From: a virus
Lineage: Duplodnaviria > Caudoviricetes
Direction: 5' to 3' (one strand)
Virus record (IMG/VR): IMGVR_UViG_3300035039_000235
Coordinates: 1-25,276 of that record
DNA: 25,276 bases
Shown here: positions 15,620 to 24,378 of the stretch, piece by piece
Numbering within the stretch: the first letter of the stretch is position 1
Layout: each line of letters begins with the position of its first letter
Made by a program: the position numbers and the translations under genes
Notes under the pieces: generated by a model
Databases searched by the model: none
What the model saw: only the letters and a program-made list of their open reading frames with translations
What the model was told of the DNA's origin: nothing

Positions 15620-16315
15620 ATGCCAACAGTAACAGCTGAAGCGATTTTGGGTCGGGCTGCAACCATAATTCAAGATGAGACTGGCACCCGGTGGCCACCT
15701 GAAGAGCTATTAAAGTGGCTCAATGATGGCCAGCGCGAGGTGGTGATGCTCAAGCCGGATGCGTATGCGCAAAATGAGTCCGTGGCGCTCGTGTCCGGAA
15801 CCAAGCAGACCATCCCGGCCAACGGGATCGCGCTGATCGATGTTGTGCGCAACATGGGCACGACCGGGACCACGCCGGGCAAGGTGGTCCGGTTGATTGA
15901 CCGGCGGATCCTGGACGATCAGCATCCGGACTGGCACAGCGTTGATCAGGTGAGAGAGGTGGATCACTACGTTTTTGACCAGCGAGACCCCCGGCATTTT
16001 TATGTCTGGCCTCCGGCCAATGGGTCAACGCAGGTGGAGGCGATCTATTCGGCTGCTCCGACCGAGATTTCGGCGGCAACCAGCACGATCACGCTCGACG
16101 ACGTGTATGCCAACGCCCTGCTTGATTACATCCTGTACCGGGCCTATTCAAAAGATGCAGACTATACGGGCAATGCCCAGAGGGCCATGGCGGCCCGGGC
16201 GTCGTTTCTCCAGTCTCTTGGCCGGCAGGACACTGCCGAGGCGGTTTACAACCCGAACATACCGCAGCAGGCGCGCACCGGCAACATGATGACCACCCCC
16301 TCCGGAGGACAGTAA
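15620..16315 (+). CDS. Phage adaptor protein (DUF6682-like)
   Basis: IIQDETGTRWPPEELLKWLNDGQREVVMLKPDA...FYVWPP...ALLDYILYRAYSKDADY. Confidence 0.75.
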   Translation: MPTVTAEAILGRAATIIQDETGTRWPPEELLKWLNDGQREVVMLKPDAYAQNESVALVSGTKQTIPANGIALIDVVRNMGTTGTTPGKVVRLIDRRILDDQHPDWHSVDQVREVDHYVFDQRDPRHFYVWPPANGSTQVEAIYSAAPTEISAATSTITLDDVYANALLDYILYRAYSKDADYTGNAQRAMAARASFLQSLGRQDTAEAVYNPNIPQQARTGNMMTTPSGGQ

Positions 16316-16318
16316 TCC

Positions 16319-18292
16319 ATGGCCGAAGTGATCGCAGACCTTGTCTATGAAACCAGCTCGACGTCCGGCACCGGGGCATTGTCCCTTGACGGTGCTGTGG
16401 ACGGGTTTCTTTCGTTTGCTTCCGGCATCGGGGATGGCAACCAGTGCCGGTATTACATCACCGATGGGGCCAACTCCGAGGTCGGCCTGGGAACGGTGAC
16501 CGCAGGCAGCCCGGCAACCCTGAGCCGGGATACGGTGGAAACCTCCACTAATGGCGATGCCCTGGTGGACTTTGGCACGGCGCAGAAGGATGTGTATCAT
16601 GTGGCCTCTGCGGCCCTGATCAACGATATTAACGCCAGGGCCAACGAGACGGTGCGCATCCCGGTAGCGACGTCTCCGCTTTCGGGTGCCGCAAACGTCT
16701 CCCTTGCGCCGGATTTGGTTGCCGCCACATATGCCAACGTATATGAGCCGGATGCCAGGTCTTACAGGGAGTTTCAGATAGACTTGCAGGCCGGAGACTT
16801 CAGCGCTCCAGTTTATACGTTTTCGGGCGATGCGGACCACCATGTTGTTGCGACGGAGCTAAACACACTGACGGACTATAAGTGGAGATGTAGGGACGTG
16901 GCCCTTTCGGGGGCTGCCAGCAAATGGATGCCGGAGCAGACTTTCACCACGGCCGACGTTTATATTGCCCAGCCGACCAACCTGGCTCCGGCAGACACGG
17001 AAGGCAGCATCGGAGAAACCCCGACTTTGAGCGCAGATGCGTTTGTCTGCGTGAACGGCTCGGATTCTCACGCCAGCTCGGATTGGGAGATATATTCTGA
17101 CAGCGCGCTGACCACGCCGGTTTGGTCCAGTTATGACGACGCCTCTAATCTGGAGAGCATCAGCGTTCCGGAAGGGGCTTTGTCCGACGGCTCTATCACT
17201 TATTACTGGCGGTGCAGATACACCGGCACGACGCATGGAGACAGCGATTGGAGCACGGCCACCAGTTTTACAACCAAAGCGTCATTTGTCACGGTTTACG
17301 GCATCGCCCTTGTCTCCACGGGCGGGGGCGCAGGATCGTGGCAATGGGTGGATGCGGATGGGAACAATGCAACCCTGTCAACCACAGATTTTGACAATCA
17401 TCCGGTGTGGGGCGGAATTGAAACCGTGACCATTGACGGCCAGCAGATGGTCAGGATTCCCAAATTTTATTTCAAGGTCGGCACGGCGCCGGCTGGATCG
17501 GATCAAGCCGGGAAAAAATGCAGGTGGGTCGCCGGGGCGCCGTTTACCGGGGCTTCGGTCCACCCGGCATTTATGGACGGCGGTGTGGAGATCGATCAAT
17601 TCTGGATGGGCGCGTACGAGGCGTCAGACGACGGCGGCACGACGGTAAAATCGGTTGCAGGGGCCGCCCCATTGACTAGTACGTCTTTTGACAGTTTTGT
17701 TACTAAGATCACCGCCAGAAATACCGGCGGCGTGGACGGGTTCCACATGCCCGACATCCATGAGCTTGGGGCGATCCAGAGCCTTGCACTGATCGAGATC
17801 GGCACGCCCGACGCCCAGAGCGCCATCGGTGTTGGCAACGACACCGGGTCCGCAAACAACACGGGCGTGGATAACGATATTTACCGGGGTATTTATCAGC
17901 TCTGGTCAAACGTTTTTATGTGGGTGGACGGGCTGCGGACCACGGCCGCCGGAGAGATTAAAATTTACGACAACCAGGGGGATCAGACCTGGGTGGTTAT
18001 TGATTCCGGGTTGACCGCAGACAGGAGCGGGTGGCCCGTGGCAATGAAAGAGGGAGCGGGCGCCGGATATGATCTGACCGGGCTGTTTATTGCCGACACC
18101 CTGGATGGCACAGAGGGCAACGGGTCATATGCGGATATGCAATCTTTTAACAAACCCTCATCTGGAGACTATATAGCCCGCCACGGCGGGTACTGGGCTG
18201 GGGATGCGTACGGCGGCTTGTTTAGCGTGTACGTGGGCCACGCTTCCTCGGTCACGTTCACGGGCAATGGCGCCCGCCTGGCAAAACGATAA
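16319..18292 (+). CDS. Tail fibre/receptor-binding protein with C-terminal CLec-like DGR target domain
   Basis: N-terminal virion-anchor-like ETSSTSGTGALSLDGAVDGF and two Ig/FN3-like repeats (YKWRCR...FTT, YYWRCR...FTT). Then MVRIPKFY...HPAF...GAYEAS...YRGIYQLWSNVFMWVDG...HGGYW...GARLAK. Confidence 0.85.
   Translation: MAEVIADLVYETSSTSGTGALSLDGAVDGFLSFASGIGDGNQCRYYITDGANSEVGLGTVTAGSPATLSRDTVETSTNGDALVDFGTAQKDVYHVASAALINDINARANETVRIPVATSPLSGAANVSLAPDLVAATYANVYEPDARSYREFQIDLQAGDFSAPVYTFSGDADHHVVATELNTLTDYKWRCRDVALSGAASKWMPEQTFTTADVYIAQPTNLAPADTEGSIGETPTLSADAFVCVNGSDSHASSDWEIYSDSALTTPVWSSYDDASNLESISVPEGALSDGSITYYWRCRYTGTTHGDSDWSTATSFTTKASFVTVYGIALVSTGGGAGSWQWVDADGNNATLSTTDFDNHPVWGGIETVTIDGQQMVRIPKFYFKVGTAPAGSDQAGKKCRWVAGAPFTGASVHPAFMDGGVEIDQFWMGAYEASDDGGTTVKSVAGAAPLTSTSFDSFVTKITARNTGGVDGFHMPDIHELGAIQSLALIEIGTPDAQSAIGVGNDTGSANNTGVDNDIYRGIYQLWSNVFMWVDGLRTTAAGEIKIYDNQGDQTWVVIDSGLTADRSGWPVAMKEGAGAGYDLTGLFIADTLDGTEGNGSYADMQSFNKPSSGDYIARHGGYWAGDAYGGLFSVYVGHASSVTFTGNGARLAKR
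18170..18292 (+). other. DGR variable region (VR) with GC-only tract (18269-18278)
   Basis: Most codons at positions that are Asn in template repeats are NNC (TAC, TAC, AGC, TAC, GGC, CAC, GTC, TTC, GGC) within a constant GG.W...GLF.V.V..ASS.T.T..GARLA scaffold. Confidence 0.8.
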
Positions 18293-18321
18293 CTGTGAAC
18301 TGGAACCTGCGTTCTGATTGA

Positions 18322-18335
18322 GGCGCGACAGCGCC
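18322..18335 (+). promoter_or_regulatory. DGR-type hairpin downstream of VR/IMH
   Basis: GGCGC-GACA-GCGCC, 30 nt after the target gene stop. Confidence 0.65.
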
Positions 18336-18347
18336 GAGAAAGGAAAA

Positions 18348-18788
18348 ATGGAAGACCTGAAGATACTGACAAAAATGGAGGAGCTGGGGGCGAAGTTTTA
18401 TGTGCGCTATATGGATGATTTTATAGTTATTGGCAATAATAAAAAATGGTTGCGGGGGCTGCTGGGCTTGATCGAATCGTTTTTAAAAAAACGGCTGCAC
18501 CTTGACCTGAACCCCAAAACAAGCATCTTTCCCGTCTCCCAGGGAATTGATTTTTGCGGGTATCGAGTCTGGCCTTCTCATATTTTGCCGCGCAAGCGGA
18601 CCATTAAGAGGGCTCGTAAGAAGCTCAAAGTAATGGCTCGTCGCTGCTCGTCGGGCCAAATTCCATTATCAGAATACCGGGCCGGCGTTATGAGTTTTTT
18701 GGGATATGCCAAGCATTGCGACAGCAGCGAAGCCGTCAACCACATTTTACAGGAAAGCTTTGTTAAGGGGGGCTGCAAATGCAAATAG
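18348..18788 (+). pseudogene. N-terminally truncated DGR reverse transcriptase, apparently fused to an Avd-like start
   Basis: 146 aa with YVRYMDDF (YMDD at residues 21-24), LHLDLNPKT, GIDFCGYRVW and thumb SFLGYAKH. RT domains upstream of YxDD are absent. RBS AGAAAGGA before MEDLKILTKMEE. Confidence 0.85.
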
Positions 18789-19057
18789 GACAACACATAG
18801 AGATCCCGGGCATCCGGGGGGCGGCGGATTTGGTCTATGATTTGCCGGACTTTACCGCGCCCAGACAGGTCAAGGTATATTTGGTCCCGGAGGCGGTCAG
18901 CGCAGACAGGTACTTTGTATCCATCACAATGCCCGGAGCGACGCCCGTCGTGCCGCCGAGCCGAGCAAAAGACACGCTGTTGCTGGTGGGCTTCCACCAG
19001 GAAACCGAAGCCGAGGCGCGAGTTGTGTTCGTTCATGATGAGGTGAAAAATGCCTGA
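18779..19057 (+). CDS. Hypothetical tail-region protein (92 aa)
   Basis: GGGGG RBS; overlaps the RT-fragment stop and the next start. Confidence 0.7.
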   Translation: MQIGQHIEIPGIRGAADLVYDLPDFTAPRQVKVYLVPEAVSADRYFVSITMPGATPVVPPSRAKDTLLLVGFHQETEAEARVVFVHDEVKNA

Positions 19058-19316
19058 AGTTGCTATCGCCAGCCCGTTTCGGCCGCTAAACATCTTGTCC
19101 ACCGATATCTGGGAAATTCCGGCAGATGCCGCGACCCCGGCAACGGTGGCCTATACGTCCAAGGACACGGTGCATTTTTCAGTGGACGGGAGTACCTATT
19201 CAGTGGAGCCGGTGGATTATGTTGCGACCCTTGAGATCACGGCGGATGCTCCCGGCCCGATACGGGTTGAGGTCAAGGATAAGCAACTGATCATCACGGC
19301 ACTGGAGGTGGCATGA
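19050..19316 (+). CDS. Hypothetical tail-region protein (88 aa, beta-rich)
   Basis: GAGGTG RBS; overlapping start and stop with neighbours. Confidence 0.7.
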   Translation: MPEVAIASPFRPLNILSTDIWEIPADAATPATVAYTSKDTVHFSVDGSTYSVEPVDYVATLEITADAPGPIRVEVKDKQLIITALEVA

Positions 19317-19771
19317 GGATCAACGTAACGCCCAATCAGGTAAAAAACCTCCTGGAATCTCTGGGCCGGGTGACAGCAGGCAAGATGATGCTGGCAAACG
19401 AGCTTTCCGAGGACGAGGCCAAGGCTGTTGCCGGGTTATTCAAAAGGTGGTCAGCCGGAGAGGTCTTCACTCAGGAAATGGTAGACAGGGGCGTGATCCG
19501 GCGCTTTGAAGGCGAGATCTATCAATGCAACGCTCCACATACCACGCGGGCTGATTGGACTCCTACTGCCGCCCCGTCTTTGTGGACCGCCAAATCTGCC
19601 CCCGGCGTTATTCCGGTATGGTCAAACCCGACCCGGGCCAAAGATGCTTATCCGAAAGGAGCAAAGGTTCAATGGCCGGAAGGTGGCAAGATCTGGAGGT
19701 CTAACATCGAAGCCAACACAACCGAGCCGGGAACCCTGCCCGAGCATGAATACTGGGTGGAGGTGCAGTAG
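19313..19771 (+). CDS. Tail-associated protein with two CBM5/12-like Trp repeats
   Basis: WSAGEVF...FEGEIYQCNAPHTTRADWTP...SLW and W...AYPKGAKVQWPEGGKIWRSNIEANTTEPG...W; GGAGGT RBS, ATGA overlap. Confidence 0.75.
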   Translation: MRINVTPNQVKNLLESLGRVTAGKMMLANELSEDEAKAVAGLFKRWSAGEVFTQEMVDRGVIRRFEGEIYQCNAPHTTRADWTPTAAPSLWTAKSAPGVIPVWSNPTRAKDAYPKGAKVQWPEGGKIWRSNIEANTTEPGTLPEHEYWVEVQ

Positions 19772-21349
19772 GTGATCGGCAACGGCCCCATAGCATCCTA
19801 TCCGGTGGGCGGCGTGTTTGGCCGCAAGGACCGGATGTTTGAAAGCGTGGATGTCGGCGCGATTTTAAAGCAGCACGACCAGACCACAACTGCCGGGGTT
19901 TCTGCGGCCTTGCAGGACTCATTTTCCTCTGATGCGGACCTTCACGCCATTGCCAAGAATTTCGGGGCAACCACGCCCACGGTGCTGGATGTCATGGCCA
20001 TGGCCTTGCAGGATGTGTCTGCCCATCTCAATGTCATTGCTAAAAATTTCGGGGTTGAAGCCCCGGTGGACATGGATGCCTTTATTCGGCACATTCGGGA
20101 AATCGGCACGGCGGCAGACGGCCGGCTGGTCTTTGCCCGGCTGGAGACGGTTGATCTGGGGGTTTTGGCCAAGGCTTTGAGGCAGGAGTCCCAGGTGTCT
20201 TTAGAGAAGATGATCCAGGCCACCCTGCACCAGTCTGCAACCCTGCGGGCGGCATTGCAGTACACCGGCACCCGGGAGGGGGCGAACCTGGGCGGCCTGA
20301 TCGAGGACAAGGACCGCGGCATCATGGTGGACATGGACGCCCTGGTTCGAACAACGGACACGGCCCAGTGCAGCATGAACGCCTTATTCCAGGGGGTCCA
20401 GGTGCAGACCGGAATCAACCTGGACGCCCGGCTGCGGCTGGTGGCCCAGTCCGAATTTCTGGCGGCAGACGCGCTGCTCCGGTACATCACGACCAACACG
20501 GTTTCTTTGGACGTATGGATTACGGGCGCGCACATGCGCCAGGAGACGGCCGTAGACGCCATGGTGATGGCTTTGGAGCGGTCCGGGGCCAGCTCCGTGG
20601 ATGCTCGGCTGCGGACCCGGCACGACATTATTGCGGCGATTCGCGGCACGATTCAACTGCTGGGGGCGGCTGTCGCCTCGCAGGTTGATAGCATGGTGAT
20701 GCGGCAGGGGTTGTTTTCCAGCCTTGATACGGACGCCATGGCAATGCGCGGCCGCCAGTCCTCCTCCGAGGTCCGGGCCGCCTTGCAGGCTATAAGTGCG
20801 TCAGCGGCCACAGCGGCGGACAGCGTGCTGCGCGGTGTCGGCTTGATGAATTCGGTTGATGTCGATGCAGACCTGGCGGTCCTTGGGTCGACGATAGGGG
20901 CGGCTGTTTCTGCAATTGTCAAGGATTACGATATTGTCCTGCCCGCAGGGCTCGGCGGGATACTGCAAGACACTTTCACTCTGCCGGTGGGATTAAGTAG
21001 TATCCTCTGGTGGGTTGCAGCGTTGCCGGTGGTAACTGATGCCTGTTTGCAGCAGGGGTTTGTCAGCGGCACCGAGTTTCAGGGCTTAAAGCAGCAACAG
21101 GACATCCTGGCGACTGCGGCTTTTTCCGCAGCCATCCAGTTGACAACCGAGCGGCACATGGAGTTAATCGCGACCCTCTGGGACTCGTTTGACACTTCAT
21201 TGAATTTCAGCGCGCTGGTATACACCAGCCTGGAGCACCAACCCGAATACATGATTGTAAGATATCCGGACAGACAGCTCCGGGTGACATGCGACACAAA
21301 GATTCCTGCGGTGACCTACCAGCGGGAGATCCAGATCATCAGGCAATAA
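19772..21349 (+). CDS. Putative tail fibre/shaft-like repetitive protein (525 aa)
   Basis: Quasi-periodic short repeats (xxDAxLx) along the whole length; N-terminal GNGPIASYPVG. Confidence 0.6.
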   Translation: MIGNGPIASYPVGGVFGRKDRMFESVDVGAILKQHDQTTTAGVSAALQDSFSSDADLHAIAKNFGATTPTVLDVMAMALQDVSAHLNVIAKNFGVEAPVDMDAFIRHIREIGTAADGRLVFARLETVDLGVLAKALRQESQVSLEKMIQATLHQSATLRAALQYTGTREGANLGGLIEDKDRGIMVDMDALVRTTDTAQCSMNALFQGVQVQTGINLDARLRLVAQSEFLAADALLRYITTNTVSLDVWITGAHMRQETAVDAMVMALERSGASSVDARLRTRHDIIAAIRGTIQLLGAAVASQVDSMVMRQGLFSSLDTDAMAMRGRQSSSEVRAALQAISASAATAADSVLRGVGLMNSVDVDADLAVLGSTIGAAVSAIVKDYDIVLPAGLGGILQDTFTLPVGLSSILWWVAALPVVTDACLQQGFVSGTEFQGLKQQQDILATAAFSAAIQLTTERHMELIATLWDSFDTSLNFSALVYTSLEHQPEYMIVRYPDRQLRVTCDTKIPAVTYQREIQIIRQ

Positions 21350-21369
21350 TTTTACTGGGGAGGTATGAC

Positions 21370-21876
21370 ATGCCGGCAATTATTCAAATTCACGAAATGA
21401 GCGCCCTGGATGCCGGGGTAGACAAGACCAGCGGGACGGTGCGGTTTAAGAAAGCCGACAACGCGACCGTGGACAACAACGACCCGATTCCGATTCCGGA
21501 CAGCGGGAACGCGTATTCATTCACGAAGATGCTCCGGGCCTACATGGCGGAGCCGCCGGACACGCAGGTGGAAAACTTCCGGTGGTACACGGACGGCTCC
21601 AACGGGTTTGGCACCGGGGTTTCGGTGAATGTGCAAAATGCCGGGGTGACTTGGACCGATAATGTGGACACGGAAATGACCGGCGGGTCCGACCTTTTCG
21701 GGTACACCGAGGGGTCTCCCCTGGACGGCGACGGTACGGACACCGGGCCTTTTGGCTCTGCCGAGGCGTACTACTACATCGGCGACCTGATTCAGATGCA
21801 GATGGTGGTGGCAGACACGGCCAGCCCGGGCAACCTGCCGGCCGAGACCCTGACCCTGGCCTACGACGAGATTTAA
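21370..21876 (+). CDS. Putative virion structural protein (168 aa)
   Basis: ATG 21370 with GGGAGG RBS; VRFKKADNAT...PIPIP...YSFTKMLR...TLTLAYDEI. Confidence 0.7.
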   Translation: MPAIIQIHEMSALDAGVDKTSGTVRFKKADNATVDNNDPIPIPDSGNAYSFTKMLRAYMAEPPDTQVENFRWYTDGSNGFGTGVSVNVQNAGVTWTDNVDTEMTGGSDLFGYTEGSPLDGDGTDTGPFGSAEAYYYIGDLIQMQMVVADTASPGNLPAETLTLAYDEI

Positions 21877-21879
21877 TCC

Positions 21880-22422
21880 ATGGTGGATTTGGCGGAACGC
21901 TACAAGTGGGAGGCCGAGCGGCCGGATGGAGAAATCGTCTCTTCCGGCCGCAGCCTGCGGGGGTGCGTCCGGATGTCTTTAATCCCGGAAGTGCCCGGCC
22001 TGCCCCGGCACGACTTTGTCGGGGTGGCTTTGCACCAGCGGTTTTGCCGGGCTTTTTACCGGACCAAGCTGGCCGACCGCCGGCGCCTGTCCGGCAAGCT
22101 GTTCTGGCAGCACGGCACAGAGGTTGTAAAAACCACCGAAGACCTGACCGCAGAGGTGTCCGCCGGCGATTTGATCGGCAAGGGCAACGCCGGCCGCGGC
22201 TGGTATGTGGTCCAGGCGGTTTATTCCGACCGGGTGGTCCTGACCGGACATTACGGCGGCGTGTCCCGGCCCGAGGGTTTTCAGGGGTTTAAGTCTGTTG
22301 GCATGGGCAAGCCGACCCGGTTTTATTTTCACTGCATCGAGACCCAGGACGCCCGGTTTTGGGTGGACTATGCCACGGGCGCGGTGCGGGTGACGCCCAA
22401 ACAGTTTGAGCTATATCTATAG
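21880..22422 (+). CDS. Hypothetical phage protein (180 aa)
   Basis: Tightly packed ORF in the tail operon. Confidence 0.7.
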   Translation: MVDLAERYKWEAERPDGEIVSSGRSLRGCVRMSLIPEVPGLPRHDFVGVALHQRFCRAFYRTKLADRRRLSGKLFWQHGTEVVKTTEDLTAEVSAGDLIGKGNAGRGWYVVQAVYSDRVVLTGHYGGVSRPEGFQGFKSVGMGKPTRFYFHCIETQDARFWVDYATGAVRVTPKQFELYL

Positions 22423-22431
22423 GAGGCGCAG

Positions 22432-22761
22432 ATGATCCCGGTTTTGCCGGCCAAACAGCCAAATGAAAAATGGTTCATCCCCTTTGACTTCAGCAACCCG
22501 CTAAACGCCCGGGCCAACCCGGACGCCACGGAAGACCTGGGCAGTATCCAGGATGTGACGGTCGAAGACGCCAGTACCGGCGAGGATGCTTCCGAATCCA
22601 TGACTGATGCGGGTGTGTGTCGGGTGTATGGTCAAGTGGCTTATGTCTGGATAATTGCCGGTGAGGACCGGCACCGATATAAGATCACCTGCCGGGCTGT
22701 CACCGACCAGTCCCAGCAGGTCTTTGAGATGGAAGCATTTCTCGATGTCCGGGAGACGTAA
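22432..22761 (+). CDS. Putative fibre-tail adaptor protein (109 aa)
   Basis: KQPNEKWFIPFDFS...VWIIAGEDRHRYKITCRAVT pattern; AGGAGG RBS. Confidence 0.6.
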   Translation: MIPVLPAKQPNEKWFIPFDFSNPLNARANPDATEDLGSIQDVTVEDASTGEDASESMTDAGVCRVYGQVAYVWIIAGEDRHRYKITCRAVTDQSQQVFEMEAFLDVRET

Positions 22762-22764
22762 GCC

Positions 22765-24378
22765 ATGATCCTTCGACTTTCGGATTTCAAGGGCCAGGTG
22801 CCCACCCGTGACGTCCGGCTGCTGCCGAAAAATTATGCGCAAAAAGCAGTCAACGTCAACCTTGACACCGGCAATATCACGTCAATCAAGGGACTTTTTC
22901 CGCAAACCCCGTCGAACTGGACCTTTGTTTCGTATGGCGACGCGGTGCCAGCCAATGTCAGCGGAGTGGACCGGCTGCTGGTTTCCGGGCTTTCCGGAAT
23001 GCCAGAGGCCCGGCAGGGCGGCATGACCCGGCGATGGGGCGTTGTGACGCCGACCACGGCCTTGACGGCCACGTTTGGCGGCACGGCAGAAGATGGGGCA
23101 GTGGTGGCGGCCACGGTGTCCTATGTCTACACGTTTGTGACCGCATGGGGGGAAGAATCTGCCCCATCCCCGGCGTCCATGCCCGTGGATGTGCTCCAGG
23201 GGCAGTATGTGTCCTTGTCCAACTTTCAGGTCTTCGGGTCCGGAAACGATATTACCCATGTTCGGGTGTACCGGACGGCCACCGGCGACGCGGGCGGCAC
23301 GGAGTACCAACTGGCGCCGGTTTCCCCGGCTTTCAACGAGACCTATGACATTCCGGTGGCGTATGTAAACGGCACCGGAGACCAGATCCATGACCGCAAC
23401 AGCGCCGGCGACGGCCTGACCTGGGGTCTGGGCGACATGCTCATGACCGAGGGGTGGGATCCGCTGCCAAACGGGGTTCATTCCGGCATTGAGTATGCCA
23501 ACGGGGTCTATGCCGCGCTCAAAGGCAAGACGGTCTATCTGTCTGTCCCGGGGTATTATTATGCGTTTCCGTCCTCCGGCCTGATGGACTACACGTTTGA
23601 GCTGGAATACGAGGGGGTGGGCCTGGGGGTTTTTAACCAGCAGTTGGTGGTCTGCACCGAGGCATATCCGGAGATTATTTCCGGGGCGGATTCCCAGTCC
23701 GCAACGCGGTACCAGCTTCCATACCAGCAGCCGTGCCTGTCCAAGCGCTCCATTGTCTCCACGCCCATGGGGGTGTTTTACGTCAGCCCGGACGGGGGTT
23801 TTCTGGTCAACGGCGAAGGCGGCCGGATTGTCACTTCCGGGCTGTTTACCCGGGAGCAGTGGAACGACTACCCGCTCGATTACGCCCTGTGCGCCTGGTA
23901 CAACCAGAAAATCTATGTCTTTTTTGCCAGCCGGGATTACGGGTTTGCCCTGGATTTCCAGCGCGAGGACGTGATCTTTTTCGAGGACATCGGCCAGACC
24001 GTCTCCGGGCTGTATGTGGACCCCGAGGCAGACCAGCTATATTTAAACACCTCGGGCGGGTGGCAGTTGTGGGAGGGCAGCCACGGCGGCATTGACATGG
24101 TTTACCAGACAGCTCTGCAGGTGACTCACCCCACCAGCTTTTCGTCCTGCCGGGTGGACGGAACGTGCTTGACCGGCATTTGCGGTGCTTTGACGCTTAA
24201 AATCTGGGCCGACGGAGACCTGTTGATGGAAAAAGAGATCGAGGGCATCGAGCCCTTCCGGATCCCCGGCGGCAATCTGCACAGGAACTGGTATCTTGAG
24301 CTGATCGGCACGGGCAACCCGGAGATCTACACGCTGTATCTGGCCCACTCCATGGAGGAGTTGAAATCTAATGCCTAA
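22765..24378 (+). CDS. Putative podophage tail nozzle/stabilisation (head-closure-type) protein
   Basis: LSDFKGQVP...LLPKNYAQKAVNV, SYVYTFVTAWGEESAPSPAS, VRVYRT, PCLSKRSIV...VFYVSPDG, FRIPGG...W. Confidence 0.7.
   Translation: MILRLSDFKGQVPTRDVRLLPKNYAQKAVNVNLDTGNITSIKGLFPQTPSNWTFVSYGDAVPANVSGVDRLLVSGLSGMPEARQGGMTRRWGVVTPTTALTATFGGTAEDGAVVAATVSYVYTFVTAWGEESAPSPASMPVDVLQGQYVSLSNFQVFGSGNDITHVRVYRTATGDAGGTEYQLAPVSPAFNETYDIPVAYVNGTGDQIHDRNSAGDGLTWGLGDMLMTEGWDPLPNGVHSGIEYANGVYAALKGKTVYLSVPGYYYAFPSSGLMDYTFELEYEGVGLGVFNQQLVVCTEAYPEIISGADSQSATRYQLPYQQPCLSKRSIVSTPMGVFYVSPDGGFLVNGEGGRIVTSGLFTREQWNDYPLDYALCAWYNQKIYVFFASRDYGFALDFQREDVIFFEDIGQTVSGLYVDPEADQLYLNTSGGWQLWEGSHGGIDMVYQTALQVTHPTSFSSCRVDGTCLTGICGALTLKIWADGDLLMEKEIEGIEPFRIPGGNLHRNWYLELIGTGNPEIYTLYLAHSMEELKSNA

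Noticed and set aside
18318-18788. Intact RT, group II intron or retron
   Set aside because: Only the C-terminal half is present, with no room upstream for the missing domains or a structured ncRNA. The VR and hairpin context points to a DGR. The TTG start at 18318 lies upstream of the hairpin and RBS, so ATG 18348 is preferred.
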